Shown in pieces: positions 28,660-37,593 of a DNA stretch of 64,000 nucleotides. The notes below the pieces were generated by a model, which saw only the letters and a program-made list of their open reading frames with translations, was not told where the DNA came from and made no database searches. The position numbers and the translations under genes are program-made. Within the stretch, counting starts at the first letter, position 1. Each line of letters starts with the position of its first letter. Origin of the DNA: an uncultured Rhabdochlamydiaceae bacterium (GTDB lineage Bacteria; Chlamydiota; Chlamydiia; Chlamydiales; Rhabdochlamydiaceae); NCBI GenBank assembly GCA_963712275.1, contig CAVQHD010000001.1, positions 576,001 through 640,000 of the forward strand, read 5' to 3'.

Positions 28660-29461
28660 CTGGCTCTCTTTCAAACAAATTTTCCTTGTCAGAAAATTCT
28701 GCAACCCCAGTAGGCAGAGAGGAAAGGCCCCACTTTTCAGTTAATTTTTTATATGTGCCATTTGATTTTAAGCGGCTTAGCCCTCGGTTAAAGCGTTGAA
28801 TCAGATCAGGTCGAGTTCCATGAAGGGCAATGAGGCGTATCCCCTCAGACGTCAAAGGAGGGGTGCTGATTTTAAGTTGTCCTTGATAAAGGTCGTTGAT
28901 AAAGGCTTCAGCTGTTAAAATATCAACAATCATCCCATCAATCATGCCCTGCTGCGTATCATCTAAGGCCTGTTGTATGGAATCGTAGGTTCGTTGAATG
29001 ATATCAGGGTATTTTTCCAGTAAGAGCGCATCTGAAGAGTTGCGCAGAACTCCCACCAAACGTCCTTTCATTTCTGAAAGAGTGCGATAAGGGGTTCCAA
29101 TAGGGATCACGAGAACAGGGCCTGTTGCTAAATAGAGATCAGAAAATGAGTAGAGTTTTTCATAGAATAAATAGGGCTGCATGGAGGAGCAGATGGCTTG
29201 ATAATCTCCTTCTCGGAGCCCCAGTGTTAAGTTACTCCAACTTCTTCTTACAACTTCGATTTTGAGTTTTTCTTCCACGCCGATTGCTTCAATGAGCTCA
29301 CAAGAAAAAGCTGTGAGGGCGCTCTCACGCCCTGGTATCTCCAAAGAATACCAGGAAGAGTCTAAAGCGATTTTAAAATCATGGGTGGATGAGCTTTTTC
29401 CACAGCTTCCAAAAATAAGGAAACACAAAGCCCATAAAGACAGCATCAATTTATTGATCAT
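28628..29461 (-). CDS. Amino-acid ABC transporter substrate-binding lipoprotein (SBP family 3)
   Basis: Lipobox FGSC, FSDLYLATGPVLV, FNRGLSRLKSNGTYKKLTEKWGL; start placed at ATG 29461 because the upstream extension lies in a MITE. Confidence 0.85.
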   Translation of the reverse strand: MINKLMLSLWALCFLIFGSCGKSSSTHDFKIALDSSWYSLEIPGRESALTAFSCELIEAIGVEEKLKIEVVRRSWSNLTLGLREGDYQAICSSMQPYLFYEKLYSFSDLYLATGPVLVIPIGTPYRTLSEMKGRLVGVLRNSSDALLLEKYPDIIQRTYDSIQQALDDTQQGMIDGMIVDILTAEAFINDLYQGQLKISTPPLTSEGIRLIALHGTRPDLIQRFNRGLSRLKSNGTYKKLTEKWGLSSLPTGVAEFSDKENLFEREPAIMASWHLPR

Positions 29462-29462
29462 C

Positions 29463-29638
29463 TGAGAGGGCGCCTCCAAATTAAATTTCTGTCGATTTTT
29501 GGGTTCTTTTGAGCCAAATTTCGATCCAAAAGTGGAGGGGTAATATACGAAAGTTGATATAACCCCCACCAAATAAAGCGAAAATTGGCTCAAAAGAACC
29601 CAAAAATCGACAGAAACTGAGTTTTAAGACAGCTTCTA
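29463..29638. mobile_element. Palindromic MITE family B, copy 1
   Basis: TTTCTGTCGATTTTTGGGTTCTTTTGAGCCAA / TTGGCTCAAAAGAACCCAAAAATCGACAGAAA arms; core shared with 43100-43261. Confidence 0.85.
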
Positions 29639-29664
29639 AGGTCAAAATGCATATACTTTTAATT

Positions 29665-30663
29665 ATGTCAAGCATCGGCGTGATCATTGCAAATTTCGGC
29701 GGGCCTCGCAATTTAGAGGAAGTAACTCCTTTTTTGTGCGAGCTTCTGACAGATGAGGAGGTTCTTCGAACTCCTCTTCCCCGCTTTATTGAGAAAGGGC
29801 TTTTTAAGAAAATTGCCGTCAAACGAGCCTCGAAAATTTGCAAAGACTATAGACTCATGGGAGGGAAATCTCCTATTTTTGACGATACGGAGGCGATTGC
29901 TGAAGAGATTCGAAAGAACGTAGATTGTCCTGTGATCACCTTCCACCGGTACCTTCCTGCTACACACGCCTCTTTTATCGAGGCTTTGCAAAGAGTGGAG
30001 GTTGATCGATTTGTGGCGATTGCTCTTTATCCTCAGTTTAGTTATTCAACCACAGGTAGCATTGCGCGATTTTTTTCAGAAAATCTTACACCCGCTGTTC
30101 TTAAAAAAATCCATTGGATTAAATCGTATCCCACCGACGATTTATACATTCAGGCAATGCAAAATTGTATCCAAGATTATCTTCTTTCCCATCGGTTGGA
30201 GCAAAAAGAGACATTTTTTTTCTTCTCTGCCCACGGCTTGCCGCAGCGGTTTGTAGAGGATGGGGATCCCTATGAAATGGAATGTCATGAATCTTATGAT
30301 GCGATACGAAAAATGTTTCCGGGCGCGCTTTCTTTACTGGCATTTCAATCAAAGTTTGGCCCAGGAAAGTGGCTGCGCCCTTACACTGGCAAGCTCTGTG
30401 AAAATCCTGATGACTGGAATCAAGGACGCAGGCACATTGTCTTTATTCCGCTTTCATTTACCTCTGACCATCTGGAAACTCTTTTCGAAATTGAACATAT
30501 CTACCTACCTCTTATCCGTCAAAAAGGGCTTTGTGCTTACCGATGCCCTGCTCTTAATAGACGGTCTGATTGGACGAGCGCTCTGACGGCTCTTCTTTCA
30601 ACAACGAAGGTAGTTTCTAATGATTTTCTAATACGAAAAAAACCCTTCCACCATTTCTGGTAG
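29665..30663 (+). CDS. hemH: Ferrochelatase
   Basis: ANFGGPR, GGKSPI, LYPQFSYSTTGS, FSAHGLP...GDPY, FQSKFGPGKWL.P, FTSDHLETLFEI. Confidence 0.95.
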   Translation: MSSIGVIIANFGGPRNLEEVTPFLCELLTDEEVLRTPLPRFIEKGLFKKIAVKRASKICKDYRLMGGKSPIFDDTEAIAEEIRKNVDCPVITFHRYLPATHASFIEALQRVEVDRFVAIALYPQFSYSTTGSIARFFSENLTPAVLKKIHWIKSYPTDDLYIQAMQNCIQDYLLSHRLEQKETFFFFSAHGLPQRFVEDGDPYEMECHESYDAIRKMFPGALSLLAFQSKFGPGKWLRPYTGKLCENPDDWNQGRRHIVFIPLSFTSDHLETLFEIEHIYLPLIRQKGLCAYRCPALNRRSDWTSALTALLSTTKVVSNDFLIRKKPFHHFW

Positions 30664-30672
30664 AAGGGTTTT
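30639..30672. terminator. Hairpin between convergent hemH and outer-membrane protein genes
   Basis: AAAACCCTTC.ACCA / TGGTAGAAGGGTTTT inverted repeat with A/T tails. Confidence 0.6.
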
Positions 30673-30695
30673 GTTAGAAGGCAATACCAAATTGT

Positions 30696-31400
30696 TTAGA
30701 AGTGGTAGTTGAAAGCTCCTCGAGAACCGACAACACCTTGATGGTGTTCTGGAAATGACATATAAAGGTAGTAGGGTTCAAACGAGATATCCCAATGAGA
30801 GTTTGCAAGATGGAAAATAAAAGGAACGGAGACATCGCCTCCCCATGCAAATTTTTTCGCATAATGGTTGCTAACTTGTTGTCCGGCAAGTCCTTTTAAA
30901 TTGAATCCCAAGCTAAACGTCGAGTTAAAGTCATGGGTATAAATAAAGCCTAAAGCTTCGTAGGCAAACTGTGCTTTGTGGAATGACCCCACATTATTAT
31001 ACAGATATCCACCCCCTACAAACGGAGAGAAATGATCTCGCTGGTTGTAGAATAGATTATATCCAAAACGAACTTCCCCTTCCCAAAGGCGGCCATACCA
31101 GTTATTGCGGTGATGACGGTTGCCATTAAAAATAAGGCCTCCCCATAGATCAAGGCCAAAGTAGAAAGCATCATTCTTTGTTCGTTCATAGACAAGACGA
31201 TCTGGGGCAAATCCAAAACGGTTGTCATATTGCGGAATGACGGGCTGAACTACCATTTTAGCTTTCGATTTGTCAGTCGTTCTTTTACCCATTGCAACAA
31301 GTTCTGTATCCAAAGGAAGTCCTTGATCCAAAACATCATCACCAAAAACTGATCCAGTAGCACAGAGTGCTAAGACCCATTTCATCCAATTGTACTTCAT
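30696..31400 (-). CDS. Putative outer membrane beta-barrel protein
   Basis: Signal peptide, aromatic-rich amphipathic strands, C-terminal FNYHF. Confidence 0.7.
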   Translation of the reverse strand: MKYNWMKWVLALCATGSVFGDDVLDQGLPLDTELVAMGKRTTDKSKAKMVVQPVIPQYDNRFGFAPDRLVYERTKNDAFYFGLDLWGGLIFNGNRHHRNNWYGRLWEGEVRFGYNLFYNQRDHFSPFVGGGYLYNNVGSFHKAQFAYEALGFIYTHDFNSTFSLGFNLKGLAGQQVSNHYAKKFAWGGDVSVPFIFHLANSHWDISFEPYYLYMSFPEHHQGVVGSRGAFNYHF

Positions 31401-31502
31401 TTTAATCCTCACTTTACTCAAAGCTGTTCAATACTCGACCAGCGATTATTTCTTAAGATAGACCCGAGTGTAAACAACTCTCGCCTAAAAGGCAAAAGCT
31501 TT

Positions 31503-31692
31503 TTGACACCCAACCCCGAAGGGTGGTGATTTATGGTACCTTATAGGTCCACCTTACGGACGGTTTACTTCGAGCACTATGGCTCTCACGCCCGTTGCTC
31601 AACCGATAGATTGAGCAAGAGTCAGATTTAAGCGTCTGTTTCTTGCGCCAGTCCGAAGACTAAATACGTAGAGTTGGGAAATTCCCAAGCCA
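31503..31692 (-). ncRNA. Putative structured RNA; probable IS200/IS605 right-end (omega-RNA-like) remnant
   Basis: Minus-strand hairpins with two C(UUCG)G loops and one GUAA loop; ends CCCUUCGGGGUUGGGUGUCAA. Confidence 0.5.
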
Positions 31693-31850
31693 GAGACAAC
31701 TTAATGCCATTGGACACCCTAAAATGTATGTAACTCTAAAAGAAAAGCAGATTAAAATCAAGAGGGAGCAGTGCTTCCTCCCAGTTCTAAAGGACTGGGT
31801 TTCCGCACTGTCAATCGGATGAATAAAAGTGGCTATTTTTGCAATTTTTT

Positions 31851-32786
31851 TCAGAAATACCAGTACACAGTGCCAACAGCGGAAATAAAAGATGCCGAAT
31901 TTCTCCCAGCAATTGTAAACCATGAACCGATTTCAATGCCGAAGTTGGGAGAGGGGTTATACTCAATGCAAGGAGCAATGCTCCATTGTTCAAGGGAGGG
32001 AGCTCCTAAAAGTGTGGTGGGTTGGCAGGATGAAGATTTATTTTGATGTTGGTAATGAATATCAATTCCTAAGATCCATAATTTGGTCAGACTATATTCA
32101 ATGCCAAGATTCGCAATCAATTGCTGTCCAGGAGATACCGTTTGATGGGTCTGGAAATTTCCTCCGTAAGCGTTAAATCCTCTAACAAAGACATGGGATG
32201 GGATGACATAGGCTAGCGAAAGATTAAAAGTCGACGATGAAAAAGTCTTATGAAGAATAGCTGTGATCCAAGTTTCATAGGCGCCTGATCCTGAGACATC
32301 GGCAAAGTGTTTTTCGGAATCAAGGTGTTGGTATTTGCCAGATGGGAAGCTCTCTTGTAAAGCGAGTCGAAAATCGGGGGTCCAAGAGTGAGCTTGATCT
32401 TTTGAGATTTGAAATCCAAGCGATACTTGGGTATCTCCGTAGAGGTAGGAGTTTCTAGAGTTGGAGTGGGTGGCTATGCCGTTCAGATAAAGAGTTAAGT
32501 CAAGCCAATTCGTGAGCCCTGTTTCCAATTCGACTTGAAGCTGAATGCTTGAGAATTGAGGGCGGTGAGTCGATTTCCAATGGGAATTATAACGACCCCT
32601 TTGCTGAGTCATGTACAAATAAGGCTCGAAGAGCCATTTTCCAGGTGGCGTATTGACCGCGGTCGGTGAAAGAAGCGTTCCTCCAAAGTTTGGCTGATTG
32701 GAAGAGCGCTTTCCTTCTTCCTGTGTTGGAGTAGAGAAGAGAGGTGCCGTAGCAATAAGCAAGAAAAGAAAGAGGCGCTTCACCAT
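31851..32786 (-). CDS. Putative outer membrane beta-barrel / transporter protein
   Basis: Signal peptide, FEPYLY, ETGLTNWLD, GDT...GFQ, FPSGKY, GSGAY, C-terminal YWYF. Confidence 0.75.
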   Translation of the reverse strand: MVKRLFLFLLIATAPLFSTPTQEEGKRSSNQPNFGGTLLSPTAVNTPPGKWLFEPYLYMTQQRGRYNSHWKSTHRPQFSSIQLQVELETGLTNWLDLTLYLNGIATHSNSRNSYLYGDTQVSLGFQISKDQAHSWTPDFRLALQESFPSGKYQHLDSEKHFADVSGSGAYETWITAILHKTFSSSTFNLSLAYVIPSHVFVRGFNAYGGNFQTHQTVSPGQQLIANLGIEYSLTKLWILGIDIHYQHQNKSSSCQPTTLLGAPSLEQWSIAPCIEYNPSPNFGIEIGSWFTIAGRNSASFISAVGTVYWYF

Positions 32787-32796
32787 TTAATTCTGT

Positions 32797-32974
32797 TTGA
32801 ACCTCTCGGCCCTACAAGGGCACGAGATTCCTGATTCATAGCTCCCAACTTAAGGGCAGCTCCAACAGGCTTTTACCCGCCATTCCAGCGGCTAGTCTGT
32901 TAAGACAAGAATAGTTTAACAAAGTAGCGGAATTTATCCAAGCGCTAAAGCACTTGGTTTTCTTCCGTCAACGG
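32797..32974 (-). mobile_element. Non-autonomous IS200/IS605-type miniature element, copy 2
   Basis: Reverse complement of 27918-28094 with 2 substitutions and 1 indel; also follows TTTAT and ends in TCAA. Confidence 0.8.
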
Positions 32975-33006
32975 ATAAAAGAAGGTCGATTTTTTCAGTT
33001 AATTGC

Positions 33007-33035
33007 TTGACAGATTAATTCTTTTGGGCTATCCT
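33007..33035 (+). promoter_or_regulatory. Sigma66/sigma70-type promoter
   Basis: TTGACA-N17-TATCCT upstream of ATG 33064. Confidence 0.6.
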
Positions 33036-33063
33036 AAAGTTGAACTTTAAATTATCCAAGTAT

Positions 33064-34230
33064 ATGTATAAGAGAGACTTAAGTTCTGAATTGACCGCCT
33101 TAGCTCAAGATTATCCTGTCGTAACGGTGACCGGGCCGCGTCAGTCGGGAAAGACAACGCTCGTTAGAGATGTTTTTCCGAGCAAGCCCTATGTTAATTT
33201 GGAGGCGCTCGACATTCGAGAAATGGCTCGTCTTGATCCCCGAGCTTTTTTAGCACAGTATCCAGCAGGGGCGATTTTAGATGAGATTCAGCGAGTTCCT
33301 GAACTTCTTTCCTATATTCAAGTAACTGTTGATGAGGCGGATACCAAGGGGATGTTCATTCTCACGGGAAGCCATCAGCTAGAATTGCATCAAGCGATTG
33401 CGCAGTCGCTTGCTGGAAGAACTGCGCTCCTTCAACTGCTTCCGATGAGTCTTGATGAGCTTGCAAGAGCTGGAATTGAACTTTCTTTGGATGAGACTCT
33501 TCTAAGAGGAGGCTATCCAAGGATTTATAAGGATGAGCTAGACCCAACAAAAGCCTACCGAAATTACTTTCAAACCTATGTCGAGCGAGATTTGCGGCAG
33601 CTGATTCAATTAAAGGACCTGACGCAGTTTCAGCGGTTCATTCGGATGTGCGCTGGGAGAGTTGGGCAAATGTTAAACCTGGAGAGTCTGGGAAATGATG
33701 TAGGGGTTTCTTCTCCGACAGTCAAAGAGTGGCTTTCAATCTTAGAAGCCTCTTTTATCATCATTCGTTTGCAGCCGTATTATGAAAACTTTGGCAAAAG
33801 ACTTGTCAAGACATCAAAGCTGTATTTTATAGATGTGGGACTTGCGAGTTATCTGCTCGGTATTGAAAACATCATTCAGATGGCAAGAGACCCTCTGCGA
33901 GGAAATCTAATTGAAAATCTTGTTGTTCTAGAGCTCATTAAAACACGCTTGAATCAAGCACTCGATCCTCAGCTCTATTATTTTAGAGATTCTCATGGGC
34001 ATGAAGTCGATTTGATTTTTCAATCGGGACATCAGCTCATTCCCATTGAGATCAAAGGCGCCAAAACATTCAACTCTGATTTCCTGAAGAATTTATCTTT
34101 TTTTCAAGAACTGGTACGTGAAAGGTGTACAAATGGATATCTTATCTACGCGGGGGATCAAGAGCAAAAAATCGGCCTTTTTCAGATTATCAACTATAAG
34201 CACACAGTTTCTATTTTGAAACAGGATTGA
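33064..34230 (+). CDS. AAA_14 ATPase with DUF4143 C-terminal domain
   Basis: GPRQSGKTTL, LDEIQRVP, LTGS, SLAGR, GGYP, KLYFIDVGL, YYFRDSHGHEVD, PIEIK. Confidence 0.92.
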   Translation: MYKRDLSSELTALAQDYPVVTVTGPRQSGKTTLVRDVFPSKPYVNLEALDIREMARLDPRAFLAQYPAGAILDEIQRVPELLSYIQVTVDEADTKGMFILTGSHQLELHQAIAQSLAGRTALLQLLPMSLDELARAGIELSLDETLLRGGYPRIYKDELDPTKAYRNYFQTYVERDLRQLIQLKDLTQFQRFIRMCAGRVGQMLNLESLGNDVGVSSPTVKEWLSILEASFIIIRLQPYYENFGKRLVKTSKLYFIDVGLASYLLGIENIIQMARDPLRGNLIENLVVLELIKTRLNQALDPQLYYFRDSHGHEVDLIFQSGHQLIPIEIKGAKTFNSDFLKNLSFFQELVRERCTNGYLIYAGDQEQKIGLFQIINYKHTVSILKQD

Positions 34231-34918
34231 GCAGGAGCTTCTTTTCCTTTTCTGTCAGGGGGCGGTATTCTCCCACATCGAGATTGCCGAGGACAAGAGG
34301 GCCAATGCGGATGCGGTGCAAAGAGAGAATGGTGAGTCCAGCTTTTTGAACAAGGAGGCGGACTTCCCGTTTTTTTCCCTCGTGAACAACAACGGTGAGA
34401 GTTCCTCGACGAACCTTCGCAACTCGCGCTGGCTTGACCCACGTTCCTTCAACGAGCCCTCCCTTCGAAATGGAGCGGAGATGTTCGTCAGAAATCTCCT
34501 GCGCTGTTTTAATGAGGTATTCTTTTGTCAGCCCCTTGGAAGGGTGGATCACTTCTTGGGCAAAGTGGCCATCATTTGTCACGATGAGAAGTCCTGTCGT
34601 GTCGCGATCAAGGCGGCCAACTGTAAAAAGACGGTAGGGAAGGTGGGTGAAAAGATCGACAACAAGTTTTTTAGATCCAAGCCTTGCACTGCTGCAAATA
34701 TACCCTTTAGGCTTGTTGAGAATAAAGTAAACTTTTTCCTGCTCTTTTTTGAGAGGCTCTCCATCGATGGAAATCGTATCTTTTTCCCAAGAAACAAGGG
34801 TTTGCGGGACTAAAACGACCTGCCCATTGACAGAGACTTTCCCATTAAAAATTAATTCTTCACATGCTCTCCGAGAGGCGACACCTGCGGAGGCTAAAGC
34901 TTTACTTAACCGTTTCAT
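34211..34918 (-). CDS. rluB: rRNA pseudouridine synthase (RluB/RsuA family)
   Basis: S4 domain RLSKALASAGVASRR, LNKPKG, VGRLDRDTTGLL, EGKKREVR. Confidence 0.9.
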   Translation of the reverse strand: MKRLSKALASAGVASRRACEELIFNGKVSVNGQVVLVPQTLVSWEKDTISIDGEPLKKEQEKVYFILNKPKGYICSSARLGSKKLVVDLFTHLPYRLFTVGRLDRDTTGLLIVTNDGHFAQEVIHPSKGLTKEYLIKTAQEISDEHLRSISKGGLVEGTWVKPARVAKVRRGTLTVVVHEGKKREVRLLVQKAGLTILSLHRIRIGPLVLGNLDVGEYRPLTEKEKKLLLNPVSK

Positions 34919-34956
34919 CAGGGCATAATCATAACACAAAGGAGCATCTGAATACA

Positions 34957-35640
34957 ATGGGAAGAGAAGGGAGCTTGATTTTACTGAGACACGGCGCTTC
35001 TGTTTGGAATGATAAAAATTTATTTACTGGATGGGTTGATATTCCTCTTAGTCCTCGTGGTGTTGAAGAATCACTCAAGGCGGCTAAGGTGATTGCCAAG
35101 CATCGAATTGACGCGATCTTCACATCATCGCTTATTCGGGCGCAAATGACAGCGATGCTTGCAATGATTGATCATGAGAAGATTCCTTATGTCCAGCACT
35201 CCGGAGAGGGCGCTTTAGAAGAATGGGGTGTTGTCCATAGTCAAGAGGCAAAAGAGGGAATGGTTCCCGTGATCATCGCATGGCAGCTCAATGAGCGCAT
35301 GTATGGGCAGCTCCAGGGGATGAATAAAGACGAAATGCGGAGAAGGTATGGGGAGCAGCAAGTGAAACGGTGGCGCAGGAGTTATGATGAGGCGCCTCCA
35401 GAGGGAGAGAGCTTGAAAATGACAAGCGAGCGAACAATTCCTTATTTTCAGGAGGAGATTCTTCCCCTAGTGGAAAAAGGAGAGCATGTGTTCATTGTCG
35501 CTCATGGTAACTCTCTTCGATCGATTGTCATGATGCTCGAAAATCTATCTCCAGCGCAGGTAGTCGAACTTGAAATTCCCACCGGAGTTCCTTGGATTTA
35601 TCAGAGAGAGCAGGGGGAGTGGAGACGTCATGTCGAGTAG
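34957..35640 (+). CDS. gpmA: 2,3-BPG-dependent phosphoglycerate mutase
   Basis: LLRHGASVWN..NLFTGWVD, LNERMYGQLQG, AHGNSLRS. Confidence 0.97.
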   Translation: MGREGSLILLRHGASVWNDKNLFTGWVDIPLSPRGVEESLKAAKVIAKHRIDAIFTSSLIRAQMTAMLAMIDHEKIPYVQHSGEGALEEWGVVHSQEAKEGMVPVIIAWQLNERMYGQLQGMNKDEMRRRYGEQQVKRWRRSYDEAPPEGESLKMTSERTIPYFQEEILPLVEKGEHVFIVAHGNSLRSIVMMLENLSPAQVVELEIPTGVPWIYQREQGEWRRHVE

Positions 35641-36721
35641 AAGGGTTCATCTCAATTCACAGGTCGCTACCCGTCCTTCCGAGCGTGTTTTGCTGACGAT
35701 GGATACGTTTTATCGAGATCGGTGGAATCAGCTCGATCTTTACCGCGATATAGAGGCATCTATGAAAGACATCTATCGGCTATTTGAAGCAGATAGTGCT
35801 TTTCATTTTCATCTGACCCCAGGAGGGTTTCCTGCGATGCAGCATCTTCTTCTCCATTTTTATCTCAATGAAGTGCGCGTATCTGGAAAAAATCATTTTT
35901 TATCCAGCACTGTTGAGGAGGCTCCTATCTTAAAGGCGCTGAGCCAAATGGAACTGATAGGGTGCGGAGTTAAGTTTGTTTCAGTGAATGAAAAGGGGCA
36001 GATTGATTTAAACAAGCTCAAAGAATTGATAGGCCCTAAAACATCTCTGATTTCCATCTCAGCTGTCTGTGCGATGACAGGGGTTTTGCAGCCGATTCCT
36101 GAGATTGTGGAGATCTGCCATGCAAAAGGGGTTAAGGTTCACGTGAATGCAACTCATGCGATCGGGACTTGGGGAGTTTCTCTTAAAGAATGGCCCGTTG
36201 ATTATTTAACATTTGATGGAGATAAAATGGGGACTCCTCCTGGGGTTGGTGGATTATTTGCTAGAGAGCCCCTTCAAGATTGCATGCATAGCGCTCCTCT
36301 TCTTTTAGGTCTTGCCGAGGCTATTCGCGAGGCTACCGCAAGGCAGGAGCAGTTTGCGATGGAGATGGCTAGGCTTCGCCATCAGTTTGAAGAGGAGCTT
36401 TTAAAAACGGTTGGAGATTGTGTAGTGATTGCCCGCGAGGAAGAGAGAGTGCCCCATATTTTTGCCCTCTCTTTTGCAGGGCTGATGAATGAAGCTCTTC
36501 TTTATGCGCTCCACCTGCGCCATGTCGATGCTTCGATTGGAGGGGGGCAATTTCAAACCTTAACAGCGCTTCTTAAACAATGGGGCTGCTTAGACTCGGT
36601 AGCTCTTGGCAGCATCAGTTTTGCTTTGAGTTATGGGATTCAAGAGGATGATTTAGCACGAGCGCTTGATGCGATCGTCAGCTCTGTACGCGCTTTAAGA
36701 AAAATGAGTGCCGTCTTATGA
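35630..36721 (+). CDS. Divergent NifS/IscS-like PLP-dependent (class V aminotransferase) protein
   Basis: TGVLQPI, HVNATHAIG, DYLTFDGDKM; no SxGSAC catalytic motif. Confidence 0.8.
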   Translation: MSSRRVHLNSQVATRPSERVLLTMDTFYRDRWNQLDLYRDIEASMKDIYRLFEADSAFHFHLTPGGFPAMQHLLLHFYLNEVRVSGKNHFLSSTVEEAPILKALSQMELIGCGVKFVSVNEKGQIDLNKLKELIGPKTSLISISAVCAMTGVLQPIPEIVEICHAKGVKVHVNATHAIGTWGVSLKEWPVDYLTFDGDKMGTPPGVGGLFAREPLQDCMHSAPLLLGLAEAIREATARQEQFAMEMARLRHQFEEELLKTVGDCVVIAREEERVPHIFALSFAGLMNEALLYALHLRHVDASIGGGQFQTLTALLKQWGCLDSVALGSISFALSYGIQEDDLARALDAIVSSVRALRKMSAVL

Positions 36722-37485
36722 TTTTTTATTCTCCTCATCCGTGGCATGCCTATGGTAAAAAATTAAGTCAAAAAATCAACCAGCCGCAATTTGTAGGTTT
36801 TTTTCAGCCGGCGGATGCTCAAGGAAGAACTCTTCGTTTAGTCGTTGGCAGGGGCTCAGCGCCAGGTGGATACCAGATTGCACTTTATTTGCTTGTGGAT
36901 GAAATGGATGGGGTCATTGCCGATATCCGATATCAGATGATAGGTCCTTCTATTTTGATTGGGGTTCTCGAGGCTGCTTGTCAATTTTTGCTTCGAAAAA
37001 ATTATGAACAAGCACGGCGCATGAGCGGTGATTTAATTGATCGAGAAATGAGAGATCGAGAGGGTGAAGAAGCCTTTCCAGCAGAATATTACAGCTATCT
37101 TAATTTAGTACTTGAAGTTGTTGAGGGGGCAGCGCAGCAGTGCACAGATATTCCAATCAATGAAACAGAGTTAATCTCCCCTCTTTCTTCTGAAATGTTC
37201 AGTGGCAGTGGAATAGAAGGATGGGAAGCCTTTCCCCATGAAAAAAAAATAGCGATCCTTGAACAGGTGATTCAAAATGAAATCAGACCCTATATTGAGC
37301 TCGATGCAGGAGGGATTCAAATTGTTCATCTTTCAGATCAACATGAACTCACCATCGCCTATGAAGGATCTTGCACGTCTTGCCATTCCGCAACGGGATC
37401 GACCTTAAATGCCATTCAGCAAATCCTCCAAGCGAAAGTCTACACCTTGATTCGGGTCATCCCCGATCTTTCGTTATTGACCTGA
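36718..37485 (+). CDS. NifU-family protein (IscU-like N-domain + NfuA-type C-domain)
   Basis: IRPYIELDAGGI, AYEGSCTSC (CxxC). Confidence 0.88.
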   Translation: MIFYSPHPWHAYGKKLSQKINQPQFVGFFQPADAQGRTLRLVVGRGSAPGGYQIALYLLVDEMDGVIADIRYQMIGPSILIGVLEAACQFLLRKNYEQARRMSGDLIDREMRDREGEEAFPAEYYSYLNLVLEVVEGAAQQCTDIPINETELISPLSSEMFSGSGIEGWEAFPHEKKIAILEQVIQNEIRPYIELDAGGIQIVHLSDQHELTIAYEGSCTSCHSATGSTLNAIQQILQAKVYTLIRVIPDLSLLT

Positions 37486-37593
37486 GTTTTGAGTTCTTCA
37501 CACCGCTCATTCTTTATTTGACTTATATCTAATTTTAGATCAGAATTTTTTTGTTTTCTGTGCAAGACCAATTGAATTAGGAAGAAATTGAGT

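Noticed and set aside
29462..29593. 44-aa N-terminal extension of the substrate-binding protein in the ORF track
   Set aside because: It lies within the MITE; the lipoprotein signal begins at ATG 29461
31503..31692. tRNA, tmRNA, RNase P or SRP RNA
   Set aside because: No cloverleaf or T-loop, and none of the conserved motifs of these RNAs were recognised
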